Under the pieces are notes generated by a model that was not told where the DNA came from, searched no databases, and worked only from the letters and a program-made list of their open reading frames with translations. DNA of 64,000 bases, taken from contig JAANOX010000062.1 of assembly GCA_020184695.1 (NCBI GenBank), positions 62,001-126,000 on the forward strand, read 5' to 3'. The stretch's first letter is position 1. Each line of letters starts with the position of its first letter. Positions 11,171 through 22,276 of this stretch are shown piece by piece. Origin of the DNA: Histomonas meleagridis 2922-C6/04-290x. Lineage: Eukaryota > Protista > Parabasalia. Both the position numbers and the translations under genes were made by a program.

Positions 11171-12233
11171 GAATATTATTATTGTTAATGCGCATTTGAC
11201 AATAAATCAAAAATTTTTTATTTATTTTGTTGTGAACGAAAATGATTTTATTTTCATATTTATGATTTAAATAATTTGTAATAGTAATTACTCGTTTTGA
11301 AATTGGGTTTTCTGCTTTTGTGTTCATTAAATGCCGCTATAAAGTAATTTTTGGATAACGTGATTTTTATTGAAAAATTCTTTGAATATGGCTTGTGTAA
11401 TGGGGTGCTCCATATTGGCCGTTTATTTCTTCAAAACACTCTATCCCAAAATGCGCTTGATAATGAATTGATTTGCAGAGTGTTCTTCAATTAAAGGCTT
11501 TCTCGTTTGTCTATATTCAAAAGTTTTTATGGTGAACATCTATTATATCACACACATTTTAGAAATCTCTAAGAACTGATTTTACATTTTCCTTTTCTCA
11601 AACAGTAATTTACACTTTAAAAATTTCATGTTTATCATCGATTCATGAAGTTCGAACATTGCAAAATATTACATTCAATTTTTGAATTTTCATTAAATGA
11701 TCAAAATCTTATTTATTTTAATCGATCATATTCATGAATATAAATAAGCTTTCATTTATTTTTGGTCTACAAAATATTTATTAACTCTAATCATTATATT
11801 AAAAACTTATGCATTCATTCCATTATAATGTTATATTGTCTTTTCATTTTAACTTTGTTACCAATCAAGTTCATCAACATAAGGACTGACAGAAGTGTTT
11901 CGAACTTTGAAGAAATTCAAATTTTATTTCATAAGATTTTCCTTCAAAAAAACATTAGCAAAATCCGGAGAAACAAACTTGAACACAACCCAAAAAAAAA
12001 TATTTACGAACATTAAAAGAATATTCATTGTATTATTTAAAAGTGTCTTTAAATCATAATGCCTTGATTGGTTTCTTGTTATCATTACGTATTAAAGATG
12101 AAAGATTTTATAGTCGAATTGAAAAACTTTGTTAAGGCAACAAACTTTTTATTGTTTAACCGTGAAATTTTTAACTTTTGTGTTGGCCGATGTGTATTTA
12201 GCGAAGGCCTTCCAATATATTTATTCTTGAAGC

Positions 12234-14114
12234 ATGAAAATCCTTCAACTGTTGCTCATTTCGAAAGTAATTAAGCAATTTAGAACCGGGATAATGCTTA
12301 GTACACCATTTTTTACCCACAAAGAAATATTATATATCCACAAGAACTCAAACGTTGAAAAATTAGCTCAGACCCACATTGCAGATGAAACAGTTTTTGA
12401 AATTTTGTTCAAAAAATCCAATATATTTAGTAATAATTTGACAAACCTCCAAAGTACTTTATTTCAAAATTACGTGATCAACGGCAAATATACATCAATA
12501 TTACACCATGCTTTTGATACCAAACCAAATTTTTCAGCATCAGATTTTACAATTACTCAAAAGAAAGTCTTCGAAACAACCACATTTGTTGATGGTAACA
12601 CACCTATTCATACTACTTGCGAATATTACCCGAATACATCCTTAATACACCTGAAATTTTTCTGTTTTTCTTTGATGAAATCCTACGAAACAGCAGAACT
12701 CGAATTCAATGCTTTACTTCATTCAACCACGGTTTTTTCAATATTGTTTCTAGCGGTTTGTATCAAACCCATTCAGAAAAAATTGAAAACAGTTGTTCAG
12801 AAAACCCATTCGACCAAATATCCATTGAAAATAAATGAAAACAACAAAATTCGAAATGTTTTTATTTTTATTTTTGCGTTATTTTTTACGAATTCTTTCC
12901 AAATATTTGATTTTAATAATTTAACACTTTCAATTATTACTTCAAGTGAATTTGAATTTATTAATAATTATAAAAATGTAACGAAATATATTTTTGTTAG
13001 CGAAGACATATATGAAATTCCAAGTAATTTATTTACAGACTGGTCATCTGTTGTTTATGTTAATTTTGGTAACTCGGTATCAAATATTGAAAGTTATGTG
13101 TTTATGTCATGTTTTAATTTAGAAACGATTATTTTTGGAGAAAATGTTACAGCAATTGGTGGTGGAGCATTTTCATTGTGTTCATCAATCAAAAACATTA
13201 CAATTCCAAACTCAGTTACATCGATTGGAAATTATGCATTTGCATTATGTTCTAATTTAACGACATTAACACTTGGATACGGAATAAGAGAAATTGGAGG
13301 TTCAGCATTTGGAAATTGTTATCAACTTCAATGCATTTATTATTATGGAAATTTATCTCCAGAAATTGGTTTGAATGCATTTTATAATGTAACAGTGAAA
13401 GTTATCACATATTCGACATACGAAAATGAAACATTTGGAAATTTATTTGTTGCTAAAGAATATACTGAAGGGGTTTGCAAGCCAATTCTCACGCATTCAT
13501 TCACTAAGTCAAACACATTTTCTAAATCAGAAACATTAACATATTCGCACACATTTCATCAATCAGAAACATTCACTAAGTCAAACAAATTTTACCAATC
13601 AGAAATATTAACAAAGTCACATCCAAATGATTTAACATTATCTTTTTCTTATACATTAACAATTACATTATCGATTACGCATTCATTCACTATTTATGAA
13701 GCACAAACAAAATCATTTTCATTGTATATAAATAATTCGGTATTTTCTTATATTGAAACGATGTTCATTTATTACAATTACACAGTTATTGTCTATACGA
13801 CATATTATAATTATTACTCGAATTTCTTTACTTATATAAATATGAATGAAAACCAAACTAATGATAATAATACAACAACAATTATTATTATTGTCATTTG
13901 TGTTGTTGTTGTAGTTATTATCATAATAACGTTACTTATAGTGTTATTAATTAGAGTTCGAAGTAAAACTTCAGAAGATAAAGAGAATGAAAATGAAAAT
14001 GTAATCGAAAAAGAAACTATAAACACATTTGCAACAGGAATTTCTATTACAAATGTGGAGGAAGATCCTTTCGCAGAAGATTTTAAGGAAGAAAAATTTA
14101 TTGAACAAATATAA
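12234..14114 (+). CDS. BspA-like (TpLRR) surface protein with long N-terminal leader, S/T-F stalk and TM helix
   Basis: LRR units such as CSSIKNITIPNSVTSIGNYAFAL, stalk repeats (SNTFSKSET), a TM helix (IIIIVICVVVVVIIIITLLIVLLI) and the tail EEDPFAEDF. Confidence 0.85.
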   Translation: MKILQLLLISKVIKQFRTGIMLSTPFFTHKEILYIHKNSNVEKLAQTHIADETVFEILFKKSNIFSNNLTNLQSTLFQNYVINGKYTSILHHAFDTKPNFSASDFTITQKKVFETTTFVDGNTPIHTTCEYYPNTSLIHLKFFCFSLMKSYETAELEFNALLHSTTVFSILFLAVCIKPIQKKLKTVVQKTHSTKYPLKINENNKIRNVFIFIFALFFTNSFQIFDFNNLTLSIITSSEFEFINNYKNVTKYIFVSEDIYEIPSNLFTDWSSVVYVNFGNSVSNIESYVFMSCFNLETIIFGENVTAIGGGAFSLCSSIKNITIPNSVTSIGNYAFALCSNLTTLTLGYGIREIGGSAFGNCYQLQCIYYYGNLSPEIGLNAFYNVTVKVITYSTYENETFGNLFVAKEYTEGVCKPILTHSFTKSNTFSKSETLTYSHTFHQSETFTKSNKFYQSEILTKSHPNDLTLSFSYTLTITLSITHSFTIYEAQTKSFSLYINNSVFSYIETMFIYYNYTVIVYTTYYNYYSNFFTYINMNENQTNDNNTTTIIIIVICVVVVVIIIITLLIVLLIRVRSKTSEDKENENENVIEKETINTFATGISITNVEEDPFAEDFKEEKFIEQI

Positions 14115-14541
14115 TCATTTAAATAAAGATAATATTTGCAAGTAGTTTTTGTATTATGTTCTTTATTTTGCATAATTAGTCAAAATTAAAAAATTGAAAT
14201 TAATTATAACATTATACATTGATCTCATAATGAATACCAGTAAGTGATGTCCACTTTGTTAAATTTAAGTGAAATCTTTGATCTCCCAATTTTAAAATTT
14301 TTGATTACAAAACCATCCTTTTTATAAAATCTTTTTAAATACAGCTTCATTATATAATAATAAGTAAGATTAACACTATTAATAAAAATTAAAATTACCA
14401 AATTTTTTAATCGTTTGCAGACCATTTTTCTACAGTAATTTTCTGAAAAAAAACAGAATAATTATTTACACGCCATTTTTTGAATTCTATATGATCGTTA
14501 TAATCAAAAAGTTCTTTAACGTTTTTAACATCAGACTGTGC

Positions 14542-15531
14542 ATGGGGGATGAAAACGACCTCCAACATATGGATCCTCGTGAGTTCCAGGGCAAAACATA
14601 TATGATCGAAGATGAAGAGCAATTTGTTCCTGAATTCAGCAAATGGAATCATGTTTGTTCTTGTTGTTGTGGAAAATGCAATATGGTATATTTCCCCGCA
14701 ATAAAACGATATTTCTGCAACCAATGGGAGTGCAATCCATTATATCCTTGTATAGTTACAATATTTATATCGGTTTCATTTGCCTTTGCTTTATGGGGAA
14801 TAATCGATTTTTATACAGGTGGGGCAATGATAGCCATGATTACTGTTACCTCATTTGTATATGTTGTTTGGATATTTGCTTATTATGAAGCTGTATGTTC
14901 ATCACCAGGATATTTACCATTTTATTGGGCGGTTGATAAACGTCAAGAATACACATTAGAACAACAATGGGATGGAGTAGTTACAAATCAGAAGCAATTT
15001 GATTTTGCAGCTTACAATGGTCGACCAGAAAGAGGAAGTTTTAGCGTCCAAGCTCGTCGTCTTGTTCTGAAAGCCGACCACATCTGCAAATGGATTTCCA
15101 ACTGGGTTGGACTTAAGAACTATCGATATTTTTTCACAATGGTCATATGGATGTTATTATATTTCATCATGTTTTTTGCGGATTTCATAGCAGTTATGGT
15201 CAAAATGCATAACTGGCAAACGCGCGCCAGTGTTATTGGCCTTATTATATGCGCTGCTCCAGCATTAGGTTTTAGTGGATTTGCAATAGTTATCTTTCGT
15301 CGACATGTTCGTTACCTATGTCGTAACACAACAACACTCCAACAGTTTAAGGTGAAGAAACTGAAAGATAAGCATAATTATTATGATCTTGGATGTTGTC
15401 GAAACATTGTCGAAGTAATGGGACCTGCGAAATATTGCCCGATTTGGTTCTGTCCAATACCATATCATAGAGAATGGAATGGATTTACATGGGAAAAGAA
15501 TGCAGAACCTAAAGATGATGATGAAGCATAA
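14542..15531 (+). CDS. DHHC-family palmitoyl acyltransferase, DHIC variant
   Basis: Four TM segments and SPGYLP...RPER...DHICKWISNWVGLKNYRYF, plus a TTxE-like motif (NTTTLQQF). Likely ATG at 14542. Confidence 0.85.
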   Translation: MGDENDLQHMDPREFQGKTYMIEDEEQFVPEFSKWNHVCSCCCGKCNMVYFPAIKRYFCNQWECNPLYPCIVTIFISVSFAFALWGIIDFYTGGAMIAMITVTSFVYVVWIFAYYEAVCSSPGYLPFYWAVDKRQEYTLEQQWDGVVTNQKQFDFAAYNGRPERGSFSVQARRLVLKADHICKWISNWVGLKNYRYFFTMVIWMLLYFIMFFADFIAVMVKMHNWQTRASVIGLIICAAPALGFSGFAIVIFRRHVRYLCRNTTTLQQFKVKKLKDKHNYYDLGCCRNIVEVMGPAKYCPIWFCPIPYHREWNGFTWEKNAEPKDDDEA

Positions 15532-16529
15532 ATGATATATTAATTTCATAAACTTTATAGTCGAATAATAGTTACAGAATTGGTTATATATTAATAAAAA
15601 TTTTTAATGTTATATTACGAAACATAAAATTAGAATTAGAATTTTCATGCTTGGTGAATATGACTTTTTCATATAATTTCGATCGTAGTTCACACAATTT
15701 TGTTAACCATCGTTTCTATCGTGCTTTTAAAGGTTTAAAGCCAAAAAATATTCACAAAGAAAAACCATAAGAAAAAAATCTATATATATATAAAACATTT
15801 TGATGATCACATCTGTAAGATCCCCTTGGAAAACGAATATTATCTAAGATTGCAAACAATTGAAATTAAACAATAAATATATTAATTGAGTAAAAAGAAA
15901 ATAGGCCAAAATAGTAGAGATGAAGCCGTGAAAATTTCTTTATAAGTAATATATACGAAATGAAAGTTAATAAATTTCAAATCAATTTGTATTATAAGAA
16001 CATATCAGCTAAGTGTTTTACAAGCACTATGCTCTGTTGATCATGGTAAATGAAACATGGTATTATTCGATAACATATTATATATATTTATTCATAAGAT
16101 ACATATTGAAATGCTATATCGACTAAAAGTGAATAACTGTTGGTGATTACTTATAATAAAACATATTGATATAAGTCCTGGAGAACAGAGTCACAACAAG
16201 AAAGAAAACGATATCTTGTTCAGGAACAATTGAAAGCAAGCCGAATAAATCATTATCAAAAAAAAAAGGTTAATCACAAAATTGTGAGACATGATCGATT
16301 TCTACTGAAATTTTACGTATGTACACAAACAGTTGTTTTTTTCTGAAAATTTCGAAGTTTTCCACAGAAAAGTTTCTTTCAAATCGGTTTTATGCAACAT
16401 TGCGTAAACATGAATTCACAAGTAAACGGCCACTTAGCGTAAAATGGATGATGAAAAATCATTAATATCGGATAAACACTGGAAAAGAAACCATACTTTA
16501 ATAGAAAAAAATACCTTAAGGTAATTAGT

Positions 16530-16817
16530 TTATTCACCATTTAATTCTCTTGCGTCTTGACAGATAACGCATGGTGCGCAGAAGCAAGTAATGAGACAAT
16601 CTGCGCAGTTATCGTTTGTATCCTTTCCCTTCTTGCTTAAAACACCCTTTCTGATCCAGTAAGGAGCAATTGGTTCAATGCAATGACAAATTGTGCAATC
16701 TTCACTTCTAATTTTTGAATGGTTTTCACCATTAAGGCATGCTGCGCAGAAGCAACCATAAAGGCAAATCTTAATGTCCTTGAAGCATCCGAATGTACCA
16801 CCGCTGTAGTCTTGCAT
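16530..16817 (-). CDS. PLAC8 (Cys-rich, DUF614) family protein
   Basis: GTFGCFKDIKICLYGCFCAAC and DCLITCFCAPCVICQDAREL. The ATG at 16817 is preceded by Inr-like TCATT. Confidence 0.85.
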   Translation of the reverse strand: MQDYSGGTFGCFKDIKICLYGCFCAACLNGENHSKIRSEDCTICHCIEPIAPYWIRKGVLSKKGKDTNDNCADCLITCFCAPCVICQDARELNGE

Positions 16818-17591
16818 AAGAAAAAAATGATTTTTTAAAAAGTAGCGGTTTCGATTCAATTGACAATGCTTTTGGCCTTGTTATTGAAAAACTTATTGTC
16901 AAAATTTGAATGCTAACCTCTGAAAGGGTTCTTTTGCCAACACGACGTTTAGTGGATTTCTTCACAATTTTTGAACTAAACACCTCAACCATAGCGGTTA
17001 ATTTGATAGCAAACGTCTAAACGGTTTTAATCGTTTTGCTAAAAATAATTGTTTAACACCAACAAAAATAAAAAAGGTGTTTCAAAAACAGTCCAATCAA
17101 TTTTAACAAAATAAATAACAAATCTTTTAAGTAACATTGATCAAATTTTATGCAAATGTTTTTATTCAAATTCTATTCTAATTAAGCATAAAAATATTTA
17201 TTTTTTGCAAATATTCTGTTTATCATACTCAAAATAATTATTAAATCATTTACAATATCATTAATAGGCTTTTTCTGCTTTCTTTTTTTGAAGTTTTATG
17301 AATTAGATCTATAATCATTTGATAAAGCAAGTTTTAACCCAAAAGCATAAGTTTTAAGAGTTGTTATTTATTGATTGAACATGATTATCTATTAGGTACA
17401 ACTTTTCTGAATAAAAATAAGAAAAGTTTTGCTATATAAAGGCATTTGTATGATTGTAAGATATTAACATGATTAATTCAAATCAAAAATAAAGTAATGA
17501 CCAACTGCAAAATTATAAAAAAACTTCAATTAATTATCTTTCGTAATGTTATAAATGGGATTTGATGAAAATAATAAAAACGTTAAAGCCT

Positions 17592-18900
17592 TCATAATAT
17601 CTCACCATATGCAGGGGCAGGATGGTTATTCATTGGATTTTTTGGAGATTTGGTGATAATGTAGAATAATCCAATATATGAATATCAAAATTTTGTATTA
17701 TTAAACACGAATATTTGATTAAAAGAATATAACAAATATATTTTCAATATTAGAAAAGGAAGAACTCAAAGCAGTCAATGTAAATGAATTCGATAAAATT
17801 GTTCTACAAGCAATTGTCTTCGATATTAAATATGTATAATATATTGAATGTGTAATTGTTAACAATACGTATTGTAATGAACTAGTAAATGTATTTGATT
17901 TGGTACAGGAATTCGGTTTCGCAAATGTATTCGATAAATTAAATGTATCTGATTTAGAAAATGTATTTGATACGTGGTTGTAAAATTAATGTAAACGGTT
18001 GTATTGAATACGAAATTTTACAACGTCTGCCAAAAATCATTTCTTTGAAATTTTTTCGAACGATCATTTTTACCATAAAATGTCTATCGTCCTCTATCGT
18101 AAATAACGTATTTTTTCGGGGTATGGTTCAGCATAGCCGATTTAGTATATGTATTTGATTTAGTAAATGTATTTGATTGTGTAAACGCTTGAGTTTGCAA
18201 CGGAAGACATCAAGCAATTGTTATGCATTGAAGACTTTCACATCCAGGAAATGAGAACTTCCAATGCTTGTAACTGATGATGGAATTATAAAATTTGTTA
18301 GTACTAAACAGTATTGAAATGCCATATTATCAATTGTTATTGATTTCAAATTTCTACAATTATATAACATTGAATATGGAATGAAAGTAACTAAATTTGG
18401 AATTGCAATAGTTATTAATGATTTGCACGATTGAAATACACCAATTCCAATAGTATTTACATTCATACCAATGATTATTGTATAATAATGTAATTTCCAA
18501 TCACTTTTACATTATTACCAATTGTTACTCTTTCCAAACTATAACAAGAAGCAAATACATATTGTCCAATCAGAGTAACACTATCGCCAATTTCAGCTGA
18601 AACCAATGAGCTCCACAAATAAAACGCATTAGATCCAATAACTTCAATACCACTGATTTTGACATATGATGCATCATATTTATATTTGTTTCGTCCATCA
18701 TATTCGTACGATGTAGTTATTGTAAGTATACCTGAATCAAATATTTCAAATGATTCTGTGAAAAAGAAAATTAACAAAAGAGCTTTGTGAATTTTTTTTT
18801 CACTACGAGAAATAATTTAGTCACGTAAAACATAGAAAAAAATATTATGAGTAATAAAATTATCTTGCTTAAAATGATTTTTGCAAAAATAATAGGGGTA
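17592..18900 (-). pseudogene. BspA-like surface protein pseudogene
   Basis: Frameshifted fragments 18475-18777 and 18221-18466 carry TpLRR motifs (VTLIGQYVFASCYSLERVTIG). SNTF stalk repeats lie at 17880-17970 and 18140-18180, followed by a degenerate TM/tail. Confidence 0.75.
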
Positions 18901-18949
18901 ATACCAAAAAGAAAGATTCTTTGTTTGAAAATACATTATTTAAACGTTT

Positions 18950-19800
18950 TTAATGATGAAGAATTAAAAGAGAATAAAATTTATAAATCATTTCTCAAAA
19001 AATTCGAAAACTTAAAAAACATAAATGGAATCTTAATAAGAAATTAATTAAAGAAGGGATTAATCCAAATGAACTATCAAAAATAATTCGAAATGATGAA
19101 ATATAAAAAACTTCAAGAATTATCATCACAAAGTAATTTTGATCTTAATCAAACAATTGAAACATCTCTTTATGAAAAATGTTCATTTATTAATAAAGAA
19201 AATTTTAGATTAATTGATTATGCAGCATTTTTTTCTTCAGTTAAATGTTTTAAATATTGACTTATCAATGGTGCTAATATCCATAACACAATTAAATATG
19301 CAATTGAAGGTGGAAGTGAAGAAATCATTCATTTATGTGAACAAAATAATACAACCTTTTATTGAACATATGAAACAGCAATTAAATTTCATCGAAATGA
19401 TATTTATTATTATCTTTATGTCAATAAAATAGGAAAAATTCATAAGAAGAATTAGGTATTAAATAAATTTTATTTCATAACTGTGAAATTTTATCATGTT
19501 TACAAAAAGAAGGAATGAAAATTTGTGATTGACTTATTATTACTTCAATTGAAACATGTAATTTATATTTTACTCAATATTTGATTGAACAACATTATGT
19601 AATTGATGCAACAAGAATTTCAACAATTCCATGTATAAAAAACTTTTTAATTATCTTATTACAATGTTGTATTATTTGTTATAATAAATGAATGATTTCT
19701 TCTTATTTGATACAGGGTATTTAAACACTAAGATTTGCAGCTGGAAAATGTAACATAAAAATAAATTGTTTATTCCTTGAACAAATAGAAAATTAAATGA
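18950..19800 (+). pseudogene. DUF3447/ankyrin-associated gene remnant
   Basis: Broken frames read LIDYAAFFSSVKCF, GANIHNTIKYAIEGGSEEIIHLCEQ and AIKFHRNDIYYYL, typical of the parabasalid DUF3447 family. Many stops and frameshifts. Confidence 0.6.
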
Positions 19801-21362
19801 GATTTAAAATTTAAATTTTCAACTTTATTATTTATATAAAAGAAAACATAGAAAATTTGTATCAATTTTTTGAACGAATATTTTCTTTATTTTTTGAGTT
19901 TGAACCTGATTTATCTGTAGATGATAATAACCGCTAATATTTTCTCACACATTTTTTTTTTTTTGCATGAGCTCAGTTTTTAATGAATTCATTATAAAAT
20001 ATTTTATAAACTCATTTGTATCTAAGTAAAAAGTCTGGCTCCAGCCACTTTAAAATATTTTTAGTTTTGACTTGTGACGGAGCATTAAAATTACGTTTTT
20101 TACATCGGTACCGAAAGCACTTATTTGGGGTAAAGCTTTACCATCAATCATAGATAATTAGTTTAAAATTTGAAAATTATCCTAACAAAAAGACTGAACT
20201 CAGAAAAAACCAAACACAAAAATCCTTTTCAGTCAATTGACATTAAAAAATTATCAGAAAAATGAAAAAAGTTTCAACCAATTTTAAAAAATGTTGAAGA
20301 CATGAGGCTGTTCCCGATAGTGATCGAGAAACAAAGGTGTCTTCAAAATGATGTTGCAACCCTCGTATGAATACAAAGAAGGCTTTGCATCAAGGGTGGG
20401 AAGCATTTGGAGGGCCACGTTCGTTCAATTTTTGATAATGTCTGTTCGAAAATTGCTCTGCAATTAACACCATTAGTTATTTAGTTGATTTATAAAAATG
20501 TTAAATAAATCATGAAGTACAAACAAATTACAAACTTAGAAATGAAATGTTCTTGGGATATTATACCAAATTTGTAAATTTACATCATCACACAATTTTT
20601 TTTAAATCATCGTACCATAGCACATGAAGGAAAATATTCACAAGCTTCAAATATTTTTAGATTTTAAAGGAGGTGCATTTTTTTTAAATTTACCAACAAT
20701 TTTCATCTTGTCACTTTTTGAATCAAGTTTGATAATAACCGTTTTTTCTTGGGTATGAATTCCAGAATTTCCTTTTTTTGAACCAACCAAATGTAATTTT
20801 TATTAAAAAATTAAAATGAAAGAATCCCTATTCTCATCAATGAAAAACAATAAATGTCTCCACTTAAATAAAGATTGTGCAGTCCAAAACAAAGTTTTTG
20901 TAATTGATAAAAACCGCTATCCAACACACTTTTGTTTCAAAAAGTTGTTTCACTTTTCAGAATCTTTTTTACGCATTCAAATTTCTGAATGATTTATTGA
21001 ATAAAACGCTTTTGTTTGCTTCGGGTTGCAAACAAGAATTTTATCTTCTCTTCAATATTTCCTGCTAATTAATATACAAAAATAACAGTAACTTATATTT
21101 GTGGAAATAAAAAATTAATTAAATCTTCAGATGAAGAACAATTTTGAAAAAGATTTTTCATAAAAATCATCTTTATAGCTAAATATGTGATCTTTTTTTA
21201 TAACGAGTTTGTTTCATGTCGATATCATTTCTATATTGCTATTCTAAACAGGAGATTTGCCCATTTAACCACAAAAATAATCGCTAGCGAGTTCAGAAAA
21301 AGCTTCATTTTTTCAATCGTTTATAAATCAGAGACGTTTTAAAATTTCAATTTTTTTTGCAA

Positions 21363-22043
21363 ATGCAAAAAAATCTTCATTCTCGCTGCCATTCATTAAT
21401 TTACAAAGCCTCTGGAAGCAGCTGTCCCAACTCACATAAGAGGAGAACTCTTCGCCATTGTAAATCTACAAATCTATATCCAAAGGCTGAACCAATTCAA
21501 GTGATAAAAGTCAATGAACTGGCTGACGTAATAAAGGGAGTATCTTCTCATGATTATGATCTGATTTCAATCATTGATTCTCGCTATGATTACGAATATA
21601 GATATGGACGAATAATTGGGTCAACTCATATCAAAACTCGTAATGGACTCACAAGCTTATTCAAAAGGAACTCAAACAAGTCAACATTCTATGTTTTTTA
21701 TTCTGATCATACAATGGTACGATGCAAAATCATGTGTTCTCTCATGAAAAAGATTGCTGACTCTACGAAAGAAAAGAACAGGTTTGCCGGTTGTGCTGTT
21801 TTGGAAGGGGGGTTTGAAAAATTTTATGATAATTATCCTGAATTATGTCTCGGCACTTACATTTCACCTATAAACCAAAAATATGTTTCTAACACCAAAG
21901 CAGGGAAATGTTTGGCATTTTTCAGAAGAGAATTTCTTGTACCTTATTCCGATAATCATATTAAAGTTGAACCAACCAATCAGAATAAAAGCCATGAACT
22001 GGAGGAGATTCTAGAGTTGCTCCAAAAAAAGATACTGAAATAA
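21363..22043 (+). CDS. Cdc25-like rhodanese-fold protein, catalytic Cys replaced by Ser
   Basis: IIDSRYDYEYRYGRI (CH2A-like), VFYSDHTMVR aligning to VFHCE(x4)R, and VLEGGFEKFY..YPELC. Confidence 0.78.
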   Translation: MQKNLHSRCHSLIYKASGSSCPNSHKRRTLRHCKSTNLYPKAEPIQVIKVNELADVIKGVSSHDYDLISIIDSRYDYEYRYGRIIGSTHIKTRNGLTSLFKRNSNKSTFYVFYSDHTMVRCKIMCSLMKKIADSTKEKNRFAGCAVLEGGFEKFYDNYPELCLGTYISPINQKYVSNTKAGKCLAFFRREFLVPYSDNHIKVEPTNQNKSHELEEILELLQKKILK

Positions 22044-22276
22044 AAATCTTGTTATAGATTTTTTTTCTCAATAATATATCTTTTGGTCATAGCTATAAAT
22101 GAATTATTTTTGCAAAGTTTCACCAAAGCCTAAACAAATAAAACTCGAAACTAGAACTGATTTTGATGAAAAAATCATTTTTTTTTCATGTTTCTGTTTT
22201 CTATCGTTCTCAACCGAAACCATGAAATTATTGAATGGTTTATGTTTCTATAAATCGGTCAGGTTGATACAAAAAA

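Noticed and set aside
12856-12863. Out-of-frame ATG as the true BspA start (1-nt homopolymer loss)
   Set aside because: The frame is open for ~620 nt upstream, and the other BspA loci also have in-frame hydrophobic leaders before the same motif.
20340-20460. C/D snoRNA or other ncRNA in the GC-richer patch
   Set aside because: A C-box-like ATGATG is present, but I found no suitably placed CTGA D box or terminal stem.
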